A stretch of 64,000 bases of DNA from an uncultured Gemmatimonadales bacterium (GTDB lineage: Bacteria > Gemmatimonadota > Gemmatimonadetes > Longimicrobiales > RSA9). The position numbers and the translations under genes are program-made. The stretch is taken from positions 3,264,001-3,328,000 of the forward strand of contig OY970192.1 in NCBI GenBank assembly GCA_963708135.1, read 5' to 3'. The notes under the pieces are model-generated. The model had not been told where the DNA came from. It searched no databases and was given only the letters and a program-made list of their open reading frames with translations. This document shows positions 1 through 9,880 of the stretch, piece after piece. Every line of letters begins with the position of its first letter. Within the stretch, counting starts at the first letter, position 1.

Positions 1-2264
1 AAGTTCGCCCAGTTGAGGATCGGCAGGTCGATCCCGTGCACATACGAGTAGTTGAGCGTGACCAGGAAGCTCGAGATCGCCTGCCGGACGCCGATCGCCG
101 TCTGGATGGAATGCGGCGGCTTGAGGTCGTTCGGGATGAACCAGGCCTCCGGCTGCCCGCTGGTGTGAACCAGCTGGTCCAGCACGGCACGGTTCGCCGT
201 GAGATAGGACGGATTCCAGGCGACCTGGTTCCCCGTCGGCGTCGTGCCGGGCTGCGCGAAATTGACCGTGTAGACCGGGTGGCTGATCTTCTGCACCGGA
301 TCGACTCCGTACAGGTCGAACCCGATGCGGTCGTAGTAGATGCCCCAGCCGCCGAAGATCGTGGTGCGCTGGTTCCTGTCGAGAGCGTACGAAAAGCCGA
401 GCCGCGGCTGGACCGCGCCGTAGAAGGTCGCGTTCTTCCCGGTCCGGATGTAGCGGTTCAGGTCGAGCGGCGTGATGAGCTGGCTGTTGTAGGCGCGCAG
501 CGTGTCGGCGCTGGCCTGGGGCGTCGAGTAGTTCGAGTTCAGCATGTTGGTCTCGACATCCCAGCGCAGGCCCAGGTTCAGCGTCAGCCGGTCGACCGGC
601 GTCCAGTCATCCTGCGCGTAGACTCCGAACTCGGTGTTGTTGGCCTTGAGGAACGGGTTCCCTGTGCCGTACTCGAGCAGGTAGGGTGTCGCGTACCCGT
701 AGTCCGCGTTGAAGTGGAAGAGCGGAGTCCCGCTGTTGTCCTTGTTGATGTCATACTTCACGAAATCGACGCTCGCGCCCGTCTTGAAGACGTGCTGCCC
801 GCCCCAGTCCGCGACCGAGTAGGTGAGGTCGTTGCGCAACCCCACGGAGGACTGGATGAAGTCCTGCGTGCTGCGCGCGCTTCCGAGGATCGCGTTGCCT
901 GCGGGGAACTCGTACTGCAACTCCGGCTGCCCGGGCTCATTGGGGCTCGGATTCCGGCGCCACCGCGTGTAGTCGACCTTGGCCTCGTCCACCATCGAGC
1001 CGCGGAAGTACTTGTACGCGAGCTGACCGATGGAGACGTCCTGCCGGTAATTGTTCGCCGCGGTGAATGCCGTCGCGCCACCGAAGTCGCGGATATCGGT
1101 CTCGTGGCGGTTGTTGAAGCTGAGCTCGAACGTCGAGGAAGGGCCGGCCGAGTAATCGGCCTTGCCGAAGAACAGGTTCTCGCGGAACGGCGAGGTGAAG
1201 GAGCCCAGGTACTGGTTGAAGTCGATCGAGCCGAGCGCGGGATATCCCGTCGGGATCGTGGGGAAGGTCACCCGGTTCGCCCGGTTCTGGTAGTTGCCCT
1301 CGTAGGACACGAAGATGTGCGCCTTGTCCTTGATCAGCGGGCCGCCGATGCTGAGCGCGGTCAGCGTGCGGGAGTAGTCGGGCTTCTGGAAGGTCGAGGG
1401 GTTGGCCCGCTTGTCCGCCTGCTGGAAGGTGTCGAGCTGAATCAGGTTCTTGTTCTGGAAGCCGACGAGCACGTCACCGGACCAGGTGTTGCCGCCGGAC
1501 TTTGTGGTCGCGCTGATGATGGCGCTCGAGGACTTCTGGTACTCGGCCTTGAAGTTCTGCGTGATGACGCGGTACTCCTGAATCGCGTTGCGCGGGAACG
1601 GATTGCCCCGACTCGCGTCCTGCCCCGCCACGCCGCCGGCCGTCAGATCGTTCTTCAGGCTGGTCCCGTCGATGAAGACGTTCACGTTGTTGGGGCTCTG
1701 CCCGTTCGCGGAGAACGTACGGAACTGCTGGCTGTTGATGCGGTCCTCCGTGACGGTCACGCCCGGCGTGAGTTGCGCGAGGTCCAGGAAGTTGCGCGTG
1801 GGGCTGGGCAGCTGCTGGATCTGTTCGGGACTCACGTTGGTCGCGACCTCCGACGTGCGCGTCTCGATGGCGCGCTGCCCCGTGACCGTGATTCCCTGGA
1901 GCACGATGGCCTGCGTCGACAGCTGGAAGTCCGCCACCAGGCTCTGCCCGATCATTACCTGCAGCGTCCGGGACTCCGTCGCCTTGCCCAGCGCAGACAC
2001 CGTGATTCGGTACGTCCCGGGCCGCAGCCCCAACAGAGCGTAGGCCCCGTTCGCGCCGGCAATGGCCTGACGCTGATACCCGCTCGCGGTGTCCACCGCG
2101 ACGATCTCCGCGGAGGGCATGGGAGCGCCCGCCTCATCCCGCACGGTTCCACGAATCGTCGCGGTGCTGGTCTGCGCCGCGGCCGGGAGCGCCGCGAGCA
2201 GGCACAGCACCGCACCCGTCACCGGCGCCATCCACTGGCGTCGCATGATCCTCATCGTCCTCAT
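1..2264 (-). CDS. TonB-dependent receptor with N-terminal carboxypeptidase-regulatory-like domain (partial; runs off the window start)
   Basis: Absent from the ORF track because it has no stop in the window. Manual translation gives MRTMRIMRRQWMAPVTGAVLCLLAALPAAAQTSTATIRGTVRDEAGAP...GAYALLGLRPGTYRITV...QIQQLPSPTRNFLDLAQLTPGV, i.e. signal peptide, CarboxypepD_reg-like domain and plug. GGAGG RBS lies just upstream. Confidence 0.9.
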   Translation of the reverse strand, partial: MRTMRIMRRQWMAPVTGAVLCLLAALPAAAQTSTATIRGTVRDEAGAPMPSAEIVAVDTASGYQRQAIAGANGAYALLGLRPGTYRITVSALGKATESRTLQVMIGQSLVADFQLSTQAIVLQGITVTGQRAIETRTSEVATNVSPEQIQQLPSPTRNFLDLAQLTPGVTVTEDRINSQQFRTFSANGQSPNNVNVFIDGTSLKNDLTAGGVAGQDASRGNPFPRNAIQEYRVITQNFKAEYQKSSSAIISATTKSGGNTWSGDVLVGFQNKNLIQLDTFQQADKRANPSTFQKPDYSRTLTALSIGGPLIKDKAHIFVSYEGNYQNRANRVTFPTIPTGYPALGSIDFNQYLGSFTSPFRENLFFGKADYSAGPSSTFELSFNNRHETDIRDFGGATAFTAANNYRQDVSIGQLAYKYFRGSMVDEAKVDYTRWRRNPSPNEPGQPELQYEFPAGNAILGSARSTQDFIQSSVGLRNDLTYSVADWGGQHVFKTGASVDFVKYDINKDNSGTPLFHFNADYGYATPYLLEYGTGNPFLKANNTEFGVYAQDDWTPVDRLTLNLGLRWDVETNMLNSNYSTPQASADTLRAYNSQLITPLDLNRYIRTGKNATFYGAVQPRLGFSYALDRNQRTTIFGGWGIYYDRIGFDLYGVDPVQKISHPVYTVNFAQPGTTPTGNQVAWNPSYLTANRAVLDQLVHTSGQPEAWFIPNDLKPPHSIQTAIGVRQAISSFLVTLNYSYVHGIDLPILNWAN

Positions 2265-2337
2265 GGCCGACCTCCGTTGAGGGAATCCATCCTGGAATCC
2301 AAGAACCGCAACTCACGCCGCGCAGCCGGCCGCGCGC

Positions 2338-3348
2338 TCACGCCGCGGCGGCCCCGCACGACCTCCGTATCACCAGCTCCGTCGCCAGCACCTCCCGGCG
2401 ACGCACGTGCTCGCTGCCCGCCCGCACCGCCTCCAGCAGCCGCAACAGCGCACGCTCCCCGAGCTCCGCGATCGGCACCCGCACGGACGTCAGCGGCGGC
2501 GTCAGGTAGCGCGCGATCGGGATGTCGTCGAAGCCGACGACGGCCAGCGTCCCCGGCACGGCCACTCCCGCCTCCGCCAGCGCCGACAGCGCACCCACGG
2601 CCATCGCGTCGTTCGCGGCGAACAGCGCGTCCGGCAGCGGCCCCGACTCGAGCAGCGCCAGGGCCGCCGCGTGCCCCGAGCGCTCCGTGAAATCGCCCGC
2701 GAGCTCGAGCGCGCAGGCCGGCACCCCGGCCTCCGCCAGCGCGTCATGGTAGCCGCGCTGCCGCTCGGCCGCGTCGTGGTTGCGCGCCGGACCCGTGAGA
2801 AACACGATGCGGCGGCGGCCGTGCGCCAGCAGGTGCCGGACCATGGCCACCGCCCCGCCGTAGTTGTCGATGATGATCGAGTCCAGAAGCCGGCGCCCCG
2901 CGGGACAGTTGAGCAGCACGACCGGAAGGCTGGGGGGGAGCTCCGCCTCCAGCGCCGCGGGATCCGCATCCGGCGACATGATCACCAGACCGTCCACCCG
3001 ACGGTGCATCGCCCGGAACGCCGCCGTGATCTCGCCGTGGTCGTTGTGCGAGCCCGACAGCAGCAGGTGGTAGCCGTGCCGCTGCGCCCCCTGGTCGATC
3101 CCCCGGATCACCTCGGAGTAGAACTCGCCGTAGAGATCCGGCAGGATCACCCCGAGCGTCTCCGTCGTCCGGCGGATCAGCGTCCGCGCAGCCTCGTTCG
3201 GCACGTACCGGAGCGACTTGGCCACGCTCCAGACGCGCGCGCGCGTCTCCTCCCGCACCGGACCGCTGTCGTTGAGCACCCGCGACACCGTGGCCACGCT
3301 GACTCCCGCCTCCCTGGCGACGTCCCGTATGGTGACCGAGGGTTTCGT
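2338..3348 (-). CDS. LacI family transcriptional regulator
   Basis: HTH VTIRDVAREAGVSVATVSRVLN and periplasmic-binding-like C-terminus (VVGFDD...PPLTSV). The start is uncertain: the RBS GGAGG (3356-3360) points to an ACG codon at 3348. Confidence 0.93.
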   Translation of the reverse strand, partial: TKPSVTIRDVAREAGVSVATVSRVLNDSGPVREETRARVWSVAKSLRYVPNEAARTLIRRTTETLGVILPDLYGEFYSEVIRGIDQGAQRHGYHLLLSGSHNDHGEITAAFRAMHRRVDGLVIMSPDADPAALEAELPPSLPVVLLNCPAGRRLLDSIIIDNYGGAVAMVRHLLAHGRRRIVFLTGPARNHDAAERQRGYHDALAEAGVPACALELAGDFTERSGHAAALALLESGPLPDALFAANDAMAVGALSALAEAGVAVPGTLAVVGFDDIPIARYLTPPLTSVRVPIAELGERALLRLLEAVRAGSEHVRRREVLATELVIRRSCGAAAA

Positions 3349-3388
3349 GGCTGAGCCTCCGCTGCACGGGTTCGGGCTTCGTCCCGCG

Positions 3389-3404
3389 ATGTAAACGTTT
3401 ACAT
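3389..3404. promoter_or_regulatory. LacI-type operator, perfect 16-bp palindrome ATGTAAACGTTTACAT
   Basis: AT-rich perfect palindrome with the central AAACGTTT core typical of LacI/GalR sites, directly upstream of the lacI-family gene. Confidence 0.85.
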
Positions 3405-3432
3405 TGATACGTTCGTGACAGGGGGAGGGCAA
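3403..3432 (-). promoter_or_regulatory. Putative sigma70 promoter for the lacI-TBDT unit
   Basis: Minus strand TTGCCC-17 nt-TATCAA(T), abutting the operator. Confidence 0.45.
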
Positions 3433-3575
3433 GAGATTCGCGGGCCGGCCAACGAATGCGTGCGGCGGGAGCGACCTCTCGAGGCGGCGTCCGGCCGCAC
3501 GTTGCGCGGGCGACGTTCGGCCGCACGTTGCGGGGGTACTTCCAGCCGCGCGCGACTCAGGCGCCCAACTGCCTT

Positions 3576-3802
3576 TTGACACAGAGGGAACGGAGGAGAC
3601 GGAGGGAACGGAGAACGGATTTCCTATTTCCCCCGCCACCGCTCCAGGAGTGCGGGTCGTACCTCCCGTGTGGGGTGGGCCGGGCGCGTCGGAGAAAGGA
3701 AAACGAGAGGGCCCGAAGCTGGCGGGGCCGCGGGCCCTCGGACGCACCGGTTCCCGGACCCGCCCGCTCCGTGTCCTCCGAGTCCTCCGTTTCCTCCGTG
3801 AC
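3576..3802. repeat. Inverted pair of 9-bp-period tandem repeats
   Basis: 3576-3614 TTGACACAGAGGGAACGGAGGAGACGGAGGGAACGGAGA versus 3767-3802 CTCCGTGTC CTCCGAGTC CTCCGTTTC CTCCGTGAC. Confidence 0.8.
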
Positions 3803-3905
3803 CACTGCTGTTCTTGCAGCCTCGCCCGGATGCCGACGTCGCGCCCGCGCGGCGGCCCGGCGAGCGCCAACGCCGCGGCCTGGCGTCAGCCCGCCTCGCG
3901 CCAGC

Positions 3906-4283
3906 TCAGCCGCCGGCGGCGGTTCCGATGAGGGCCTCGATCTTGGACAGCAGGCGGGCGAACTCGACGGGCTTGGTGTCGTAGTCGTCGCAGCCGGCTT
4001 CGATAGCCCTGTCCTTGTCGCCGGCCATGGCGTGGGCGGTGAGGGCGATGACGGGGATGTCGCGCAGCCCGGCGTCGTCCTTGATCTCGCGGGTGGCGGT
4101 CCAGCCGTCCTTCACGGGGAGGCTCATGTCCATGAGGATGAGGTGGGGCAGCTCGCTACGGGCGCGGGCGATGCCATCGTCACCATCGACGGCGACGACG
4201 ACGTGGTAACCCTTGCGCTCGAGGCGGCGCGAGAGCATGTCGCGGTTCATCTCGTTGTCTTCGACCAGCAGGATCTTCGGCAT
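3906..4283 (-). CDS. Single-domain response regulator (CheY/DivK-like)
   Basis: ILLVEDN...LILMDMSLP...IALTAHAM...TKP receiver motifs. Confidence 0.95.
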   Translation of the reverse strand: MPKILLVEDNEMNRDMLSRRLERKGYHVVVAVDGDDGIARARSELPHLILMDMSLPVKDGWTATREIKDDAGLRDIPVIALTAHAMAGDKDRAIEAGCDDYDTKPVEFARLLSKIEALIGTAAGG

Positions 4284-4306
4284 TCCCCGGCTCTCCGGCT
4301 CGTGGT

Positions 4307-7300
4307 TCAGGCGCCGCCCGCGGGCGCGGTGCGCCTTCCTGCGTGTACGGCCCTGCGCAGCTCTTCGATGAGGTCGGCCGCGGAGCTCTCGCCCTTCTGG
4401 ATGACGCGCAAGGCGCCCTTCAGCCGCTGGCGGTCGTCCTCGGTCAGGGTCTTGGCGGTCAGCACGATGATGGGCGTCATGGCGTGGGTGCCGCGCGCGC
4501 GGACGACCTCGAGGAAGGCGAAGCCGTCCATCTCGGGCATCATGAGGTCGAGCAGCACGACCGCGGGGGTGTGGTCGAGCATGCGGTCGAGGGCGACGCG
4601 GCCGTTCTCGGCCTCGACCACGCGCCAGCCGTCCTTCTCCAGGGTGCGGCGCAGCATCTCGCGGACGTCGGGGTCGTCATCGACGACGAGCACCGGGCCG
4701 GCGGCGCCATCGGCGCGCACGCGCCTGAGGGCATCGGCGAGGCGGTCGCGCTCGACGGGCTTGGTGAGATAGTCGGCGGCGCCGAGGGCGAAGCCGAGGT
4801 TTCGGTCGTCGATGACGGTGACGACGACCACCGGGATGTCGGCGGTGGCGGCGTCGCCCTTGAGGCGGGAGAGGACGCCCCAGCCGTCGAGGCCGGCCAT
4901 CAGCACATCGAGCGTGATGACGTCGGGGTGCTCCTCCCGCGCCGCGCGCAGCCCGTCCTCGCCCGATGCGGCGAGGCGGACGTTGTAGCCCTCGCGGGCG
5001 AGCATGCGGGCGAGCATCTCGCGGGCGGTGGGGTCGTCATCGATGACGAGCACGGTGGCGCCGCCGCCGCCCTGTGGTAGCGGAATCTCGCGGGGCGCCC
5101 CGGCGGGCTGGGCCGGCCGGATGGTCTCGGCGTCGATGGGGAGCAGTACGGTGAAGCTGGTGCCCTGGCCGGGCTCGCTCGCCATCTCGATGGTGCCGCC
5201 CATCATCTCGCAGAAGTGGCGGGTGATGGTCAGCCCGAGGCCGGTGCCGCCGTACTTCTTGGTGGTGGAGGCATCCGCCTGGGTGAACGGCTGGAACAGG
5301 CGGGCCATCTGCTCGGCGGTCATGCCGATGCCGGTGTCGGAGATGCGGAACGTGACCTGCTCGCCGGTGCGTGCGGCGGCGAGCGAGATGGTGCCGTGCT
5401 CGGTGAACTTGGATGCGTTGGAGAGCAGGTTGAAGAGGATCTGGCGCACCTTCACCTGGTCGAGCCTGGCGCGGCCGAGATCGGGGGCGAGATCCAGGGC
5501 GAGCGCGTTCTCGTTCTTCTCGATGAGCGGCCGGATGGTGTTTGCGACCTCGTCGATCATGGCGGCGATCTCGAAGGTCTCGAGGTAGAGCTCCATGCGG
5601 CCGGCCTCGATCTTGGACAGGTCGAGGATGTCGTTGATGAGGCCGAGCAGGTGGCGGCCGGAGGTGTGGATCTTCTGGAGGTCGGGGACGTAGACGTCGT
5701 CGGCCGCGTCCGCGGCCTCCTCGATCAGCATCTCGCTGTAGCCGATGATGGCGTTGAGCGGGGTGCGCAGCTCGTGGCTCATGTTGGCGAGGAACTGGCT
5801 CTTGGCCTGGTCGGCGGCCTCGGCCTCGCGGCGCGCGCGGATGAGGTCGGTGATGTCGTGGTAGAGCGCGACCAGTCCGCGCGGCTCGCCGTTGACGAAC
5901 ACGGAGACGGCCAGCACCTCGACGTCCACCCACTCGCCGTCCTTGCGGCGGCGGCGCGTGATGCGGTGCACCGTCTCTCCAGTGGCCGCCTGCGTGATGG
6001 CCGCCGCCTCCTCGTGCATCGCCTCGTCGGTGATCAGGGCATCCAGGTCCCGGCCGTGGATCTCGGACTCGGTCCAGCCGAAGAGCCGCTCGAAGGCGGG
6101 ATTCGCCGACAGGATCCTGGACTCGAGGTCGCACGTGACGATGGCGACGGGGCTGTTCACGACCACCGACTCGAAGTACTCGCGCTGCTCCTGCGCCTCG
6201 GTGTAGAGGCGGGCGTTCTCGATCGCGACGGCCGCCTGCTGGGCGAACATGTTGAGCAGGCGGAGGTCGCCCTCGGAGAACTGGCGCTCCGGATCGTGGT
6301 GCCACACGGCGATGGCGCCCATGGGCCGCTGCCCGATGAGCAGCGGGGCCACGACCATGGCATGGGAGTCAACACCCTCGTACTGGGCGGAGCGGCCCTC
6401 CCAGGCATGGTAGTCCGGGATCATCAGCTGCTTCTGGCCGCGGATGGCGTGGCCCATGGCGCCGTCGTGCATGCCCAGCCTCATGCCCACGGTCGAGGTC
6501 GGCATGTGCTGGTTGGCCATGACCACGAGCTCCTGCCTGGCCTCGTCGACGATGGCCAGCTCGCCGCCGGCCGTGTCCATCAGCGTCACGGCGCGCTCGA
6601 GCACGGAGTCGAGCAGGCGGGCCAGCTCGAGCTGCCCCGACAGGTCGGCCATGGTGTCGATGAGCGCCTGCTGCTCCATGGCGCGCTGGCGCTCGCGCGT
6701 CATCTGCTGCTCGAGCGCCGCCGTGCGCTCGCCGACCTTGGCCTCGAGCGAGCGGTTGCTCTCGGACAGCTCGTTCGACAGGCGCTCGAAGCCCTGCGCG
6801 GTACGCGCGAAGCCGTAGGCCAGGTAGAGCGACGGCGCGAAGGCGAGGCCGAGGGAGGAGAAGTAGACCAGCCAGAGCGCGTGCGGCGCCATCTGCACCA
6901 CGCCGAAGATGCCCAGCAGGTAGTAGCCGAAGCCGGCGAGCGTCACGGCCAGGCCGGCGGCGAGCATGGCCGCGCCCTCCGTCCGGCGCGAGACGGCCAG
7001 GGCGAGAACGCGGACGGCCTCCGCGGCAAGGCCGAGGATGGCCAGGAAGCCGACGCGGCTCCACACCCGTCCGGACCCTGCCCCCGCGTGCGGCCGCAGC
7101 ACCACCAGCACGGCCACGAGGCCGATCACCGTCAGGACCAGCGGAACGGTGAAGGCGCGCGGGATGCGCCGGTAGAACATGGTGTAGAGGAAGCTCACGA
7201 GCGCGAGCAGCCCGAGCAGGCAGGAGACGCCGCCGACCAACTCGAGCGTGGTCCGAACGCGGAACGAGCCGCTGCCGTGCGCCAGGTACAGCATGAGCAG

Positions 7301-8092
7301 CAGCACGGCGAAGTGGCCGGCGAACGCCGCGTAGTGCAGGTTCGAGACGGGCTTCCGCAGCAGCAGGTACAGCACGAAGTAGAGGGCGCCGACGGCCAGG
7401 AACAGGCCGAACAGGCCGAGCAGGAGGGCGCCGTCGAAGCGCTGCGCCCGGGCGACGCCCGCGATCGCCGCGCCGGGCAGCACGCCGGCCCGGAAGAGCG
7501 CGCTGTCGGGCGCGCTGCGCGCCACATCGAGCGCGGAGCCGAGGTGGTAGCGCACGGCGAGCAGGGCCGAGGCGCTGTCGAACAGGATCGGGATCGGCAG
7601 GAGCGGCACCTCGATGGCCGCGTGGCCTCCGGCGCGGTCGAGATCGCCGAGATCGCGCAGCTTGCGGCCGTCCAGGAACAGCTCCGCGGCGCCACGATTG
7701 GCGAACTGCAGGGCGAGTGGCTGCCGGATCAGCATGCGCTCCGGCTCGATGTGCAGCCGGAACCAGCCAATGGCCGGGACGCCGCTCTTCTCCAGCTGCC
7801 GGACCCGGGCCCTCACGCTGTCGGGGAGCGGCCGGGAAGGGTCGAGCGGAGTCCAGTCCGAATCGTCGTAGGTCGGCAGCGACCAGCTCGGATTGTCTCC
7901 CAGCCGGAACTCCCAGCGCCCGTCCAGCGGGACGCCCTCCGCCTCCACGCGGCGCGCGGAGATCAGCTGGCTGGAGAGGAGCGAGCCGGCCGGGGACTGG
8001 GCGTGCAGGCGGTCGGCGCCGGCGCCGAGGGCGAGCGGGAAGAGGACCGCTAGCAGAAGCCTGAGACCACCACGACGCAGAGACCGGGGCAT
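4307..8092 (-). CDS. Hybrid sensor histidine kinase (extracellular domain, 7TM, GAF, PAS, HisKA, HATPase, two REC domains)
   Basis: Signal peptide; [20 protein letters not shown]; about 7 hydrophobic helices; [41 protein letters not shown]; two receiver domains. Confidence 0.95.
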   Translation of the reverse strand: MPRSLRRGGLRLLLAVLFPLALGAGADRLHAQSPAGSLLSSQLISARRVEAEGVPLDGRWEFRLGDNPSWSLPTYDDSDWTPLDPSRPLPDSVRARVRQLEKSGVPAIGWFRLHIEPERMLIRQPLALQFANRGAAELFLDGRKLRDLGDLDRAGGHAAIEVPLLPIPILFDSASALLAVRYHLGSALDVARSAPDSALFRAGVLPGAAIAGVARAQRFDGALLLGLFGLFLAVGALYFVLYLLLRKPVSNLHYAAFAGHFAVLLLMLYLAHGSGSFRVRTTLELVGGVSCLLGLLALVSFLYTMFYRRIPRAFTVPLVLTVIGLVAVLVVLRPHAGAGSGRVWSRVGFLAILGLAAEAVRVLALAVSRRTEGAAMLAAGLAVTLAGFGYYLLGIFGVVQMAPHALWLVYFSSLGLAFAPSLYLAYGFARTAQGFERLSNELSESNRSLEAKVGERTAALEQQMTRERQRAMEQQALIDTMADLSGQLELARLLDSVLERAVTLMDTAGGELAIVDEARQELVVMANQHMPTSTVGMRLGMHDGAMGHAIRGQKQLMIPDYHAWEGRSAQYEGVDSHAMVVAPLLIGQRPMGAIAVWHHDPERQFSEGDLRLLNMFAQQAAVAIENARLYTEAQEQREYFESVVVNSPVAIVTCDLESRILSANPAFERLFGWTESEIHGRDLDALITDEAMHEEAAAITQAATGETVHRITRRRRKDGEWVDVEVLAVSVFVNGEPRGLVALYHDITDLIRARREAEAADQAKSQFLANMSHELRTPLNAIIGYSEMLIEEAADAADDVYVPDLQKIHTSGRHLLGLINDILDLSKIEAGRMELYLETFEIAAMIDEVANTIRPLIEKNENALALDLAPDLGRARLDQVKVRQILFNLLSNASKFTEHGTISLAAARTGEQVTFRISDTGIGMTAEQMARLFQPFTQADASTTKKYGGTGLGLTITRHFCEMMGGTIEMASEPGQGTSFTVLLPIDAETIRPAQPAGAPREIPLPQGGGGATVLVIDDDPTAREMLARMLAREGYNVRLAASGEDGLRAAREEHPDVITLDVLMAGLDGWGVLSRLKGDAATADIPVVVVTVIDDRNLGFALGAADYLTKPVERDRLADALRRVRADGAAGPVLVVDDDPDVREMLRRTLEKDGWRVVEAENGRVALDRMLDHTPAVVLLDLMMPEMDGFAFLEVVRARGTHAMTPIIVLTAKTLTEDDRQRLKGALRVIQKGESSAADLIEELRRAVHAGRRTAPAGGA

Positions 8093-8322
8093 GCGATCCT
8101 TTGACGGGTGGCGCGAGGCGCGTCACCGGCTGGGTCGGCCGACCAGGGATTTGGAGATGACCCGTAAAGATCGACGACGCCCGCCCTTCCGGCAAGCTTC
8201 TTACATCATCGCTCTTGTTCGGGGACCATGCGCCGGTCATCTTAATAGGCTATCCTTCCCAAATCACTCCGCTCGCGACCGGCACCGGCGACGCGCGGCC
8301 ACACCTCTTCCCCCGGAGGCGA

Positions 8323-9873
8323 ATGAAGCACGCACGGCAGGTGATCGGGTCGTCCATCGTCGCGCTGGTGCTGGCGGCGTGCGGCAACGGCATGCCCCAG
8401 GACAAGACGGCGCGGACGAACCAGACCCTCGCTCTCTGGCCGGTCACGACCTCCTCGGCCCAGGCTCGGCAGGAGGTCACGGACGGCATCCGGGAGTACG
8501 ACGGGGAGCGGTGGCCCGAGGCGGAGCAGCACTTCGACCGCGCGGTCGCCGCGGACTCGGCGCTCGCCACGGCCCAGCTCTGGGCGGCGCTGGCGGCGCC
8601 GACCGCGGAGGAAGGGAGCGCGCATATGGAGCGGGCCGTGCAGCTCGCGCCCGGTGCCGGCGCGATCGAGCGCCTCATCATCCACGTCTATCAGAAGGAC
8701 CGCGCCGGCGACGAGCAGGGCGGCCGCGCGCTCGCCGTGCAGCTCGTGAAGCAGACGCCGGGCAACCCGCGCTCCTGGATGCTGCTGTCGCAGCAGGACT
8801 CGCTGCTCGGCAACATCGCCCAGCAGCGGGTGGACCTGGACAGCGCGATCGCCGTCGCGCCGGCCTTTGCCCCGGCGTACGCCGCGCTCAGCTCTTCGCT
8901 CGTGCAGAACGAGCCGTACGAATACGCCAGGGGCGAGCAGATGGCGCGCAAGGCGGTGGAGCTCGAGCCGCAGGAGGAGGCGGCGTACCGCGTCCTCGGT
9001 AGCTCGCTGCGGTCACAGGGGCGGCTGGCCGAGGCCGCGCAGGCGTATACCAAGGAGGCGGAGCTCAATCCCACGCAGGGGCTCGGGCTGCAGCAGCGGG
9101 CGCACGCCAATTCGTTCCTGGGACACTACGCGGAAGCCCGCGCGGACTACGAGGCCGCCGTGGCGCGGGAGACCGATCCGGGGAACAAGTTCGGCTACAT
9201 CACGTTCCGGCCCAACGTCTACCTCTTCGAGGGGAACGGGCGCGGCGGCTACGCGGAGCTCGATTCGCTCTACAGGTTCGTGGACGACGAGAAGGTTCCG
9301 GACCCGGCCGGGGACAAGCTCTACCTGGCCCTGTCCCAGATCTCGGTGGCCGTCCACTACCGCCTGCTCCCCGAGGCCGAGCGTGCTTACGGGAGAGCGG
9401 ACTCGCTCGCGTCGGTGGTAGCGAAGGAGCTGGGAACGGAGACGTTCCGGCGTCGCCTGCAGGCGCAGATGGCGCTGGAGGCGGGTTACCTGGGCCTGGC
9501 GAAGAAGGACTACGCGGGTGCGGAGAAGGGGGCCGCGGAGTACATGCGGCTCGTCGCCTCGGACCAGTCCCAGACCAAGGACCGGCCCGCCCACCTGTTG
9601 CGCGCGCTCATCCTGCTCGAGCAGGGCAAGGCTTCCGACGCGCTCGGCGAGTTCGACCAGGCGCCGGTCACGACGTCGAACGTGTACGGGTTCAACGGGA
9701 TTCTGGACGTCGTGTACGCCAACTATTACCACGGCGTGGCGCTGGAGCAGGTCGGGCGCACGGCCGAGGCACGGAAGTACTACCAGAAGGTCGCAAGCTA
9801 CTACTTCAACTCGATCGACGCCGCGCTGGTCCACAACGACGCTGTCGCCAAGCTGAAGAAGCTCGGCGCCTGA
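8323..9873 (+). CDS. TPR-repeat lipoprotein
   Basis: GGAGG RBS before ATG 8323; lipobox LAAC; repeated helical TPR-like segments. Confidence 0.8.
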   Translation: MKHARQVIGSSIVALVLAACGNGMPQDKTARTNQTLALWPVTTSSAQARQEVTDGIREYDGERWPEAEQHFDRAVAADSALATAQLWAALAAPTAEEGSAHMERAVQLAPGAGAIERLIIHVYQKDRAGDEQGGRALAVQLVKQTPGNPRSWMLLSQQDSLLGNIAQQRVDLDSAIAVAPAFAPAYAALSSSLVQNEPYEYARGEQMARKAVELEPQEEAAYRVLGSSLRSQGRLAEAAQAYTKEAELNPTQGLGLQQRAHANSFLGHYAEARADYEAAVARETDPGNKFGYITFRPNVYLFEGNGRGGYAELDSLYRFVDDEKVPDPAGDKLYLALSQISVAVHYRLLPEAERAYGRADSLASVVAKELGTETFRRRLQAQMALEAGYLGLAKKDYAGAEKGAAEYMRLVASDQSQTKDRPAHLLRALILLEQGKASDALGEFDQAPVTTSNVYGFNGILDVVYANYYHGVALEQVGRTAEARKYYQKVASYYFNSIDAALVHNDAVAKLKKLGA

Positions 9874-9880
9874 GGCCCAC

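Noticed and set aside
36..2690. 884-aa plus-strand ORF
   Set aside because: It is the antisense shadow of the TonB-dependent receptor and lacI. It has no motifs, and stop codons are rare at this GC content.
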